A DNA stretch of 64,000 nucleotides from Mobula hypostoma (GCF_963921235.1 NC_086097.1:194992001-195056000), one strand, 5' to 3'. Counted from the first letter of the stretch, positions 13,601-26,286 are shown. Notes: a model not told the origin generated them from the letters alone. Translations and numbers: made by a program.

Positions 13601-13973
13601 ATTTGGATTGCCTTTTCCACCATTCCTGATACTACTACTGCTGCCTTCTCTCTGGAAAGAAACATTACATGTATCTCTTGGCAGAATATTGCCTGTACTC
13701 TGAAAATAAACAAGAGATAAACTGCAAATTTTATTCTTAAAGTGCAATTGGAAATAGTTTCCTGGAACATCACAATCCGACAGTGAATCTTTGGTATCTT
13801 CTACCTAAAGCACTGAGGAGGCTGACCTATGGAATATATTCAAGGCTGAGATGGGCAAAGTTTTAGATTCTGGCACATTCAAGGATTATGGTGATTAGCA
13901 GGAGAGAAGCAGAGTTGAGGCCAAGATCAAATCATTCATAATGATATTGAATGGCACAGCTCACTCGTCCATT

Positions 13974-16513
13974 CATAGAAACATAGAAAATAGGTGCAGG
14001 AGTAGGCCATTCGACCCTTCGAGCCTGCACCACCATTTATTATGATCATGGCTGATCATCCAACTCAGAACCCTGCACCAGCTTTCCCTCCATACTCCCT
14101 GATCCCCGTAGCCACAAGGGCCATATCTAACTCCCTCTTAAATATAGCCAATGAACTGGCCTCAACTGTTTCCTGTGGCAGAGAATTCCACAGATTCACC
14201 ACTCTCTGTGTGAAGAAGTTTTTCCTAATCTCGGTCCTAAAAGGCTTCCCCTTTATCCTCAAACTGTGACCCCTCATTCTGGACTTCCCCAACATCGGGA
14301 ACAATCTTCCTGCATCTAGCCTGTCCAATCCCTTTAGGATTTTATACGTTTCAATCAGATCCCCCCTCAATCTTCTAAATTCCAAGGAGTACAAGCCCAG
14401 TTCATCCAGTCTTTCTTCATATGAAAGTCCTGCCATCCCAGGAATCAATCTGGTGAACCTTCTTTGTACTCCCTCTATGGCAAGGATGTCTTTCCTCAGA
14501 TTAGGGGACCAAAACTGCACACAATACTCCAGGTGTGGTCTCACCAAGGCCTTGTACATCTGCTGTAGTACCTCCCTGCTCCTGTACTCGAATCCTCTCG
14601 CTATAAATGCCAGCATACCATTCGCCTTTTTCACCGCCTGCTGTACCTGCATGCCCACTTTCAATGACTGGTGTCTAATGACACCCAGGTTTCGTTGCAC
14701 CTCCCCTTTTCCTAATTGGCCACCATTCAGATAATAATCTGTTTTCCTATTTTTGCCACCAAAGTGAATAACTTCACATTTATCCACATTAAATTGCATC
14801 TTCCATGAATTTGCCCACTCAGCCAACCTATCCAAGTCACCCTGCATCCTCTTAGCATCCTCCTCACAGCTAACACTGCCGCCCAGCTTTGTGTCATCCG
14901 CAAACTTGGAGATGCTGCATTTAATTCCCTCATCCAAGTCATTAATATATATTGTAAACAACTGGGGTCCCAGCACTGAGCCTTGTGGTACCCCACTAGT
15001 CACTGCCTGCCATTCTGAAAAGGTCCCGTTTATTCCCACTCTTTGCTTCCTGTCTGCTAACCAATTCTCTATCCACATCAATACCTTACCCCCAATACTG
15101 TGTGCTTTAAGTTTGCACACTAATCTCCTGTGTGGGACCTTGTCAAAAGCCTTTTGAAAATCCAAATATACCACATCCACTGGTTCTCCCCTATCCACTC
15201 TACTAGTTACATCCTCAAAAAATTCTATGAGATTCGTCAGACATGATTTTCCTTTCACAAATCCATGCTGACTTTGTCCGATGATTTCACCGCTTTCCAA
15301 ATGTGCTGTTATCACATCTTTGATAAACTGACTCCAGCAGTTTCCCCACCACCGATGTTAGGCTAACAGGTCTATAATTCCCCGGTTTCTCTGTCCCTCC
15401 TTTTTTAAAAAGCGGGGTTACATAAGCCACCCTCCAATCCTCAGGAACTAGTCCAGAATCTAACGAGTTTTGAAAAAATTATCACTAATGCATCCACTAT
15501 TTCTTGGGCTTCTTCCTTAAGCACTCTGGGATGCAGACCATCTGGCCCTGGGGATTTATCTGCCTTTAATCCCTTCAATTTACCTAACACCACTTCCCTA
15601 CTAACATGTATTTCGCTCAGTTCCTGCATCTCACTGGACCCTCTGTCCCCTACTATTTCTGGAAGAATATCTATGTCCTCCTTACTGAAGACAGAACCAA
15701 AGTAATTATTCAATTGGTCTGCCATGTCCTTGCTCCCCATAATCAATTCACCTGTTTCTGTCTGTAGGGGACCTACATTTGTCTTTACCAGTCTTTTCCT
15801 TTTTACATATCTATAAAAGCTTTTACAGTCAGTTTTTATGTTCCCTGCCAGTTTTCTCTCATAATCTTTTTTCCCCTTCCTAATTAAGCCCTTTGTCCTC
15901 CTCTGCTGAACTCTGAATTTCTCGCAGTCCTCAGGTGAGCCACTTTTTCTGGCTAATTTGTATGCTTCTTCTTTGGATTTGAAACTATCCCTAATTTCTC
16001 TTGTCAGCCACGGTTGCACTACCTTCCTTGATTTATTCTTTTGCCAAACTGGGATGAACAATTGTTGTAGTTCATCCATGCAATCCTTAAATGCTTGCCA
16101 TTGCATATCCACCGTCAATCCTTTAAGTGTCATTTGCCAGTCTATCTTAGCTAATTCACGTCTCATACCTTCAAAGTTACCCCTCTTTAAGTTCAGAACC
16201 TTTGTTTCTGAATTAACTATGTCACTCTCCATCTTAATGAAGAATTCCACCATATTATGGTCACTCTTACCCAAGGGGCCTCTCACGACAAGATTGCTAA
16301 TTAATCCTTCCTCATTGCTCAAAACCCAGTCTAGAATAGCCTGCTCTCTAGTTGGTTCCTCGACATGTTGGTTCAAAAAACCATCCCGCATACATTCCAA
16401 GAAATCCTCTTCCTCAGCACCTTTACCAATTTGGTTCACCCAATCTACATGTAGATTGAAGTCACCCATTATAACTGCTGTTCCTTTATTGCACACATTT
16501 CTAATTTCCTGTT
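13974..16513 (-). mobile_element. Young 5'-truncated CR1 LINE (sister of 20180-24086)
   Basis: (catagaaa)n tail. ORF2 is split into 15441-16496 (endonuclease C-half, GDFN...SDHN) and 14065-15315 (RT: LDFQKAFD, GVPQGSVLGP, FADD) by two single-A insertions (~15325, ~15475). Confidence 0.95.
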
Positions 16514-17377
16514 CCTATTTCTTAAACTTGGGTAAAAAAGGCTTATTTGAATATATGCAGCAGTTTTGTATTTACAAATTTGTATTGCTAAGAATCTATT
16601 GTACAGATTGACTATTGTTAACATTTACTTGGGAATAGCATAATAAAGTAAAAGAATATATACCAGTTCCCTGCAGGTTCTACCACAAGGGAAATAATGT
16701 GGCTGTTTAGCTTAACAACTTGCAAGTCGTTGGGGCATGGGATGAAGCTAGACACGAAGAGAAAAATCATGCAATCACAGAATGAATGGCAAACACTACT
16801 CAAACAGGGCCTGAGTGAGGATTAAAGGTAGGTCGTTGGATTTGACGGTAGCTCTATTAGCTGCATCACTCCGTCATCCTAAACACTCATAATTTTTATT
16901 ATCAAAGTTAGGATTGTAAAATGGCAATCAACATTGTTAGGGATGCATATGCTAATTCACTGTCAATTGCATCTAAATTGGATTTCTGCTCAGACATAAA
17001 TTACACTATCTGCTTTGCATACATGAATACTGAAACCTCTTTACTGAACAATCACCAGATTTTGTGCTAAGTCATGAAATTACTCAACTTCATTTTCTTC
17101 ATAGAAGAATAATACTTGCATTGCCATAGAGTCATTATTATGATTTCTAGTTAAGGAAGATCTTTGATAATGGTAACTAATTGCAAGCAGAAGCAAACCT
17201 GGAACAGACATGCTTCATGCATATAAACAACATTAAAACACAAGGTGGGTAGCATTAGTTCACCGTGTCGAAGACCTTCAGAAAAGGCTTTGACCTTTTG
17301 CTTATGCATAAATACAAGGAAGGCACCTAATGTTGTATATAACCCAATATTTTGAAAATGATAACTTGATTTTTTAA

Positions 17378-20143
17378 GACCATAAGGGTACAAGATATAG
17401 GAGCAGAATTAGGCCATTTGGCCCATCGAGTCTGCTTCGCCATTTCACCATGGCCAATCCGATTTTCCTCTCAGTGCCAATCTTATCTCTTCTCCCCTAT
17501 TCCCTTCATGACCTCACCAATCAAGAATCTATCAACCTCTGCCTTACAGACTTGACCTCCACAGTTGCCTGTGGAAAAGAATTCCACAGATTCATCACTC
17601 TCTGGCTACAGAAATGTTCATCTCCTTCCAAAAGAGCGCCCTTCTATTCTGAGGCTGTGTCCTCTGGTCTTGGACTCTCCCACCTTAGGAAACATCCTCT
17701 CCAGATTCACCCCATCAAGGCCTTTCACCATTCAAGCGGTTTCAAAAAGTTCACCCCTCATTCTTCTGATTTCTAGTTAATACAGGCTAGAGTCTTCAAA
17801 CACTCTTCATGACAAGCCATTCAATTTTGGAATCATTTTCGTGAACCTCTTTTGAATCCTCTCTAGTTTCAGCACATCCTTTTTAAGATAAGGAGCAAAA
17901 AATATCTCCCAATACTCCAAGTGAGGCCTCACCAGTGCTTTATAAAGTCTCAACATCCTTGCATTTATATTCTAGTCCTCTTGGAATGAATGCTAACAGT
18001 GCATTTGCTTTCCTTACCACAGACTCAACCCGCAAATTAACATTTAAAGAATTATGCACAAGGACTCCCAAGTCCCCTATGTCTCGTTTTTATTTTCTCT
18101 CTATTTAAAAAAGTCAACCTTTCATTTCTTCTACCAAAATGTACAGCCATATGCTTCCCAACATTCCATCTGCTAATTCTCCTAAACTAAGTCCTTCTGC
18201 AGTACTTCCTCAAAATTGTCTACTCCTCCACCTATCTTCATATCATCTGCAAACTTTTCAACAAAGCTATTAATTCCATCACCCACGCAAACAACAGGAA
18301 TTCTGCAGATGCTGGAAATTCAAGCAACATACATCAAAGTTGCCGGTGAACGCAGCAGGTCAGGCAGCATCTCTAGGAAGAGGTACAGTCGATGTTTCAG
18401 GCTGAGACCCTTCGGCAGGACTAATTCCATCATCCAAATCATTGACATATAACGTAAGAAGAATCGGACCTAACACAGACTCCTGTGGAACACCACTAGT
18501 CACCAGTAAACAGCCAGAAAAGGCTCCCCATATTCCCACTGTTTGCATCCTGCCAATCAGCTGCTGCTTTTTCAATGGGCTTGTAGCTTGTTAAACAGTC
18601 TCATGTGTGGCATCTTGTCAAAGGCCTTCTGAAAATCCAAGTACACAACATCAAGCGACTCTCCTTCGTCTATCCTGATTGTTACTTTTTCAAAGAATTG
18701 CAACAGATTTGTCAGGCAAAATCTTCCCTTGAGGAAACCATGCTGACTATGGCCGATTTTATCATGTGCCTTCAAGTATCCTGAGACCACATCCTTAATA
18801 ATCGACTCCAATATTTTTCCAATCTCTGAGGTTAGACTAACTGGTCTATATTGTCCTTTCTTATGCCTCTCTCCCTTCTTGAAGAGTGAAGTGACATTTG
18901 CAAATTTCTAGTCTTCCAGAAACATCCCAGAATCTCTTCAGCTACCTCTTTCAGAACACTGGGGTATACACCATCTAGTCCAGGTGATTTATCTAACCTC
19001 AGACCTCTCAGTTTCCCAAGACTCTTCTCACTAGTAATGGTAACTTCACAAACTTCATGACCCCTGACACTTGGAGCTTTCACCATACTGCTAGTGTCCT
19101 CCACAGTAAAGACTAATGCAAAATACTTAGTTAATTCATCCACCATTTCCTTTTCTCCCATTACTACCTCTCCAGCATTATTTCCCAGCAGTCCAATATC
19201 CATTCTTGCCTCTCTTTCATACTTTATGTATCTGAAAAAAAAAATTGGTATCCTCTTTAATTTTACTGGCTGGCTTACTTTCATATTCCATCTTTATCTT
19301 CCTAATGCCTCTTTTAGTTGCCTTCTGTTCATTTTGAAAAGCTTTCTAATCCTCTAACTTCCCACTAATTTGTGCTATATTTTATATCCTCACTTTAGCT
19401 ATTATGTGGTCTTTGACTTCTTTTGTTAGCCACAGTTGTGTCATTTCGCCTTTCGAACGCTTCGTCATCTTTGGAATGTATATATCTTGTGCCTTTCAGC
19501 CATTGCTGCTCTGCTGTCATCCCTGCCAGTGTTCTTTTCCAATCAATTCCTGCCAACGTCTCTCTCATGCCTCTGTGATTCCCTTTACTCCACTGTAATA
19601 CTGATACATCTGACTTTAGCTTCACTCATTTCAGGGTGAGTTCACTCATTATGATCACTTGACTCAAAAGTTTCTTTTACCTTAAGCTCCCTAATCAATG
19701 CTGTTTCAATGCACAACATCCAATCCAGAATAGCTGATCCTCTACTGAGCTCAAACATGAGCTGTTCTAAAAAGTTTTTTCATTGGCACTCTAGAAAATC
19801 CCCCCACCACCCCAGAATCCAGTACCAACCTTATTTTCCCAGTCTGCCTGCATATTCAAATCCCCCATGAGTATTGTAACATTGCCCTTTTTGGCATGTA
19901 TTTTCTACTCCCATTGTAATTTGAAGACCATATCCTTACTACTGTTTGGGGGTCTGTATACAATTTCCATCAAGGTCTTTTTACCCTTGCTGTTTCTTAG
20001 CTCTATTCACAATGGTTCAACTTCTTGTTACCCTATGTTACCTTTTTCTAATAATTTGATTTCATTTTATTTCCAATAGAATAATGCTGCCTCCTCTGCT
20101 TTCCTGCCGGTTCTTTCGATACAATGTGTATCCTTGGACATTG
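17378..20143 (-). mobile_element. Older CR1 LINE (endonuclease to 3' tail, many lesions)
   Basis: Tail gaccataag...aggccatttggccc. ORF pieces 18360-18575 (SGVPQESVLGP), 18572-18811 (QHGFLKG, YLDFQKAFDK) and 18832-19284 (KSPGLDG). Confidence 0.88.
18286..18421 (-). mobile_element. Short hammerhead-headed Penelope-derived insertion with 15-bp TSD
   Basis: Minus strand GTC-CTGCCGA-agggtctcagcct-GAAA-ca-TC-GACT. TSD taattccatcaccca (18271-18285) and taattccatcatcca (18422-18436). Interrupts the CR1 RT just before the FADD motif. Confidence 0.85.
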
Positions 20144-20278
20144 ACTTGATCATATTGTGATAACTGTTTCCTAAGGGTTCATAGAAACATAGAAACATAG
20201 AAAATAGGTGCAGGAGTAGGCCATTCGGCCCTTCGAGCCTGCACCGCCATTTATTATGATCATGGCTGATCATCCAAC

Positions 20279-23200
20279 TCAGAACCCTGCACCAGCCTTC
20301 CCTCCATACCCCCTGATCCCTTTAGCCACAAGGGCCACATCTAACTCCCTCTTAAATATAGCCAATGAACTGGCCTCAACTGTTTCCTGTGGCAGAGAAT
20401 TCCACAGATTCACCACTCTCTGTGTGAAGAATATTTTCCTAATCTCAGTCCTAAAAGGCTTCCCCTTTATCCTCAAACTGTGACCCCTCGTTCTGGACTT
20501 CCCCAACATCAGGAACAATCCTCCTGCATCTAGCCTGTCCAATCCCTTTAGGATTTTATACGTTTCAATCAGGTCCCCCCTCAATCTTCTAAATTCCAAC
20601 GAGTACAAGCCTAGTTCATCCAGTCTTTCTTCATATGAATGTCCTGCCATCCCAGGAATCAATCTGGTGAACCTTCTTTGTACTCCCTCTAAGGCAAGGA
20701 TGTCTTTCCTCAGATTAGGGGACCAAAACTGCACACAATACTCCAGGTGTGGTCTCACCAAGGCCCTGTACAACTGCAGTAGTACCTCCCTGCTCCTGTA
20801 CTCGAATCCTCTCGCTATAAATGCCAGCATACCATTCGCCTTTTTCACCGCCTGATGTACCTGCATGCCCACTTTCAATGACTGGTGTGTAATGACACCC
20901 AGGTCTCGTTGCACCTCCCCTTTTCCTAATCGGCCACCATTCAGATAATAATCTGTTTTCCTATTTTTGCCACCAAAGTGAATAGCTTCACATTTATCCA
21001 CATTAAATTGCATCTGCCATGAATTTGCCCACTCACCCAACCTATCCAAGTCACCCTGCATCCTCTTAGCATCCTCCTCACAGCTAACACTGCCGCCCAG
21101 CTTTGTGTCATCCGCAAACTTGGAGATGCTGCATTTAATTCCCTCATCCAAGTCATTAATATATATTGTAAACAACTGGGGTCCCAGCACTGAGCCTTGC
21201 GGTACCCCACTGGTCACTGCCTGCCATTCTGAAAAGGTCCCGTTTATTCCCACTCTTTGCTTCCTGTCTGCTAACCAATTCTCTATTCACATCAATACCT
21301 TACCCCCAATATCGAGTGCTTTAAGTTTGCACACTAATCTCCTGTGTGGGACCTTGTCAAAAGCCTTTTGAAAATCCAAATATACCACATCCACTGGTTC
21401 TCCCCTATCCACTCTACTAGTTACATCCTCAAAAAATTCTATGAGATTCGTCAGACATGATTTTCCTTTCACAAATCCATGCTGACTTTGTCCGATGATT
21501 TCACTGCTTTCCAAATGTGCTGTTATCACATCTTTGATAACTGACTCCAGCAGTTTCCCCACCACTGACGTTAGGCTAACCGGTCTATAATTCCCCGGTT
21601 TCTCTCTCCCTCCTTTTTTAAAATGTGGGGTTACGTTAGCCACCCTCCAATCCTCAGGAACTAGTCCAGAATCTAACGAGTTTTGAAAAATTATCACTAA
21701 TGCATCCACTATTTCTTGGGCTACTTCCTTAAGCACTCTGGGATGCAGACCATCTGGCCCTGGGGATTTATCTGCCTTTAATCCCTTCAATTTACCTAAC
21801 ACCACTTCCCTACTAACATGTATTTCGCTCAGTTCCTCCATCTCACTGGACCCTCTGTCCCCTACTATTTCTGGAAGATTATTTATGTCCTCCTTAGTGA
21901 AGATAGAACCAAAGTAATTATTCAATTGGTCTGCCATGTCCTTGCTCCCCATAATCAATTCACCTGTTTCTGTCTGTAGGGGACCTACAATTTTCTTTAC
22001 CAGTCTTTTCCTTTTTACATATCTATAAAAGCTTTTACAGTCAGTTTTTATGTACCCTGCCAGTTTTCTCTCATAATCTTTTTTCCCCTTCCTAATTAAG
22101 CCCTTTGTCCTCCTCTGCTGAACTCTGAATTTCTTCCGGTCCTCAGGTGTGCTGCTTTTTCTGGCTAATTTGTATGTTTCTTCTTTGGAATTGATACTAT
22201 CCCTAATTTCTCTTGTCAGCCACGGGTGCACTACCTTCCTTGATTTATTCTTTTGCCAAACTGGGATGAACAATTGTTGTAGTTAATCCATGCAATCTTT
22301 AAATGCTTGCCATTGCATATCCACCGTCAATCCTTTAAGCGTCATTTGCCAGTCAATCTTAGCTAATTCACGACTCATACCTTCAAAGTTACTCCTCTTT
22401 AAGTTCAGAACCTTTGTTTCTGAATTAACTATGTCACTCTCCATCTTAATGAAGAATTCCACCATATTATGGTCACTCTTACCCAAGGGGCCTCTCATGA
22501 CAAGATTGCTAATTAACCCTTCCTCATTGCTCAAAACCCAGTCTAGAATAGCCTGCTCTCTAGTTGGTTCCTCGACATGTTGGTTCAAAAAACCATCCCG
22601 CATACATTCCAAGAAATCCTCTTCCTCAGCACCTTTACCAATTTGGTTCACCCAATCTACATGTAGATTGAAGTCACCCATTATAACTGCTGTTCCTTTA
22701 TTGCACACATTTCTAGTTTCCTGTTTAATACCATCTCCGACCTCACTACTACTGTTAGGTGGCCTGTACACAACTCCCATCAGCGTTTTCTGCCCCTTAG
22801 TGTTACGCAGCTCTACCCATATCGATTCCACATCTTCCCGGCTTATGTCCTTCCTTTCTATTGCGTTAATCTCATCTTTAACCAGCAACGCCACCCCACC
22901 TCCTTTTCTTTCATGTCTATCCCTCCTGAATATTGAATATCCCTGCATGTTGACCTCCCATCCTTGGTCACCCTGGAGCCATGTCTCTGTGATCCCAACT
23001 ATATCATAATCATTAATAACAATCTGCACTTTCAATTCATCCACCTTGTTACGAATGCTCCTTGCATTGACACACAAAGCCTTCAGGTGCTCTTTTACAA
23101 CACTCTTAGCCCTTATACAATTATGTTGAAAAGTGGCCCTTTTTGATGCTTGCCCTGGATTTGTCGGCCTGCCACTTTTACTTTTCCCCTTACTACTTTT

Positions 23201-23332
23201 TGCTTCTACCCTCACTTTACACCCCTCTGTCTCTCTGCACTGGTTCCCATCCCCCTGTTGTGAACTAACCTCCTCTCGCCTAGCCTCTTTAATTTGATTC
23301 CCACCCCCCAACCATTCTAGTTTAAAGTCACC
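20279..23332 (-). pseudogene. CR1 ORF2: APE-like endonuclease plus reverse transcriptase, with two premature stops
   Basis: One frame across track ORFs 22283-23311, 21287-22273 and 20279-21253. Motifs NARS, ITETWL, YRPP, GDFN, SDHN, KSPGPDG, LDFQKAFD, GVPQGSVLGP, FADD. Stops at 22283-22285 and 21287-21289. Confidence 0.95.
23300..23326 (-). promoter_or_regulatory. Candidate -1 programmed ribosomal frameshift signal (U_UUA_AAC, UAG, G-rich tract) linking CR1 ORF1 to ORF2
   Basis: Minus strand acT TTA AAC TAG aat GGTTGGGGGGTGGG. The heptamer (23326-23320) is in ORF1 phase, and ORF2 is the -1 frame, open from 23332. Confidence 0.55.
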
Positions 23333-24086
23333 TCAGTAGCCCTCGCTAATCTCCCTGCCAGGATATTGGTTCCCCTAGGATTCAAGTGTAACCCGTCCTT
23401 TTTGTACAGGTCACACCTGCGCCAAAAGAGGTCCCAATGCTCCAAAAACTTGAATCCGTGCCTCCTGCTCCAATCCCTCAGCCACGCATTTATCCTCCAC
23501 CTCATCGCATTCCTACTCTCACTGTCGCGTGGCACAGGCAGTAATCCCGAGATTACTACCTTTGCAGTCCTTTTTCTCAACTCCCTTCCTAGCTCCCTAT
23601 ATCCTCCTTTCAGGACCTCTTCCCTTTTCCTACCTATGTCATTGGTACCTATATGTACCACGACCTCTAGCTCCTCACCCTCCCACTTCAGGATATCTTG
23701 AACACGATCAGAAATATCCCGGACCCTGGCACCAGGTGGCAAATTACCATCCGGGTCTCTGGACTGCGTCCACAGAATCGCCTATCTGACCCCCTTACTA
23801 TCGAGTCCCCTATCACAACTGCCCTCCTCTTCCTTTCCCTACCCTTCTGAGCTACAGAGCCGGACTCTGTGCCAGAGGCACGGCCACTGTCGCTTCCCCC
23901 GAGTAAGCTGTCACCCCCAACAGTTCTCAAACAGGAGTACCTATTGTTAAGGGGCACAGCCACCGGGGTACTCGCTATTACCTGACTCTTCCCCTTCCCT
24001 CTCCTAACCGTGACCCACTTGTCTGCCTCCCGTGGCCCCGGTGTGACCACCTGCCTGTAACTCCTCTCTATCAACTCCTCACTCTC
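23317..24086 (-). pseudogene. CR1 ORF1 C-terminal SGNH/GDSL esterase domain (one frameshift near 23740)
   Basis: VVIGDSIVRG (block I), PGARVRD (II), HIGTND (III) and DGLHLN (V) across ORFs 23688-24143 and 23317-23742. Confidence 0.9.
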
Positions 24087-26286
24087 CTTAACCTTAAGCT
24101 CTCTCATCATCTCCGGATCATTGCACAACACCCAATCCAGCACAGCCGATCCCCTAGTGGGCTCAACAAAAAGCTGTTCTAAAAAGCCATCCCTTAGACA
24201 TTCTACAAATCCTCTCTCGAGATCCAGTACTGGCCTGGCTTTCCCAATCCACTTTCATGTTAAAATCCCCAATGATTATCATGACATTACCTTTCTGACA
24301 CTTCTTTTCTATCTCCTGCTGTAATTTTTAATCCACATCCTGGCTGCTGTTTTGAGGCCTGTATACAATTGCCATTCGGATCCTTTTACCCTTGTCATTT
24401 CTTAACTCAACCTATTGACGCTCTAAACCTTCTGATCCTATGTTACCCCTATCTTATGATTTAATATTATTTCTTAGACACAGAGCCACACCACCCCCTC
24501 TGCCTACTAACCTATCTTTCTGATACACCGTATATCCTTAGATGTTCTGCACCCAATGGCAGCTATCCTTTCGCCAAGTTTCAGAGATGGCCACAATGTT
24601 ATACTTGCCAATCTGCAGTTGAATTTCAAGATCGTCCATTTTATTTCTTATGCCGCGTGCATTCAAATATAACATTTTCAGTCCAGTATTTGTTGCTTTC
24701 TTGCTGAACTTGCTGAAATTAAAATTTAAACTGAGAAAATAAACATATTTTAAACATTTAGAAAAAAATACTGGAAAGTCAAGACCACGTAAAACAATTT
24801 AAAACATAGAAAATGAAGTAAATTAAATAACAAAATTGTAGCTTACCTATTTCTTTTGTTATAGTCATGTAGTGAAATGGATGGATTTGCTGAATTTACA
24901 CCAAGGAATCTAAGCTGATGCGAGTTCGGAGAGTAAGTTTGCAGCATACTTTCTGACAAACTGGAAGTCTGTATTTTGCCTCATTGGGATACCGTGTATG
25001 AGTATGTTTGAGAATTCCACATGCAAGTGCCTAAACTTCTGTAGTTATGTAAGTGTAAGTTAGTACTTCTATGTGGAACCATCAGCTTTTTTAATGGAAA
25101 CTTTAGTGCATTTTCAAGGGACAAATACAAGTAGTCTATTTTGAAATTATTCAGTGGACAATTTTAACTCTCAGAAACCTGACCCCCTTATCACTTCCAA
25201 CTGGTCAGTTCTGAAATAAATTAACTGGTCATTAAAATAGTTTATATAGTCCATGCATCTCATTGTGCTTGATTGACCACTGCTTGTTTGGTGATAAATT
25301 CTACGCAAATTAGCACAAGCTATGTCCAATAAAAGCTTTTGCTCTTCTTGTTTACAAATACCACCTTGCTGTAGAGCCACATTCCTTCATTTATAGATCA
25401 AAAATTTTGAATCTTAATTTCAACAATGTTACAAACTTTAAGGTTCTACAATATTTCAGAAGTAGGAAATAATACACAAGTAAATACAAGTTCACAATGT
25501 TCAGGTTTGCATGACTTAAATATTGTTAAAGATTTAGTGACAACGGCCAGTTTATCTTCTTTCAAAAAATTTGAAACAGCTTAAGCATTGTAACAAATTA
25601 GCATTTCATTGAAAAATAGTAATGAAACAATTAAAGAGCGATTAATTGGCATAAAATGCCAGTTTATACCTGCTTGTCAATGTGGCTGAACGCTTTAGGC
25701 ATCATTGTTTTAATTCAAGATGATAGGTACACATTCAAGCTTTTGATGACAATGAATGAAATGCAAAAAAAGTATATAAAATGGCCTGATATCTCGATTA
25801 TGAGATACATGGGACTCCAGTTTCTGAATGGTAGTAATTCTTAACAATTTATATCAAAACTAAATCTAATCATCTACATTTAATTTCTTTCATGGGTTAT
25901 ATTTAGTGCACTATTTTAGTTCTGTGGTTAATCTACTTAGTCTAAAAATAACTAAGAGAGGAAATTAAATCTAATACGTGTTAAAATTCACTTAGGTGGT
26001 GTTAATTTTACATCATACTTTCCCAAATAAGTTTAACTTGCTAGCACTGGAGTTATACTATAAATATACCCAAGGCGGGGACCCATATACATTTTTATAA
26101 GGCTTACGGAATCCTGTAATTTTTTTCTGTCTCCCTTGGTCCTTGCAAACTACCTACTCCTTGCCCAATCACCCTTTCAACTTCAAATTTAAATATGTTC
26201 CTGGGACCTCTTCATTAAATCCTTTCTGTCAGTTTTCTGCCACAGCTCTTATGTAAAAGCCACTAATAGCATTCTATGTTATAGTG

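Larger units (their letters stand above)
20180..24086 (-). mobile_element. Young, near-full-length CR1 LINE (most of ORF1, complete ORF2, 3' tail)
   Basis: (catagaaa)n tail at 20180. ORF2 carries only two nonsense codons, ORF1 encodes an esterase, and the element is 5'-truncated inside ORF1. Confidence 0.97.
20144..24700 (-). mobile_element. CR1 endonuclease-domain fragment split by the young CR1 (pieces 20144-20179 and 24087-24700)
   Basis: The peptide LDWVLCNDPEMMRELKVK (right piece) continues as EPLGNSYHNMIK (left piece) when the young CR1 is removed. Confidence 0.75.

Noticed and set aside
15958..23009. Long plus-strand ORFs (15958-16611, 22290-23009 and similar)
   Set aside because: Antisense shadows of CR1 ORF2, identical between the sister copies.
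23688..24143. 151-aa ORF joining an endonuclease-like peptide to an esterase
   Set aside because: Chance in-frame junction between the 5'-truncated young CR1 ORF1 and the older CR1 endonuclease fragment it inserted into. Not a real gene.
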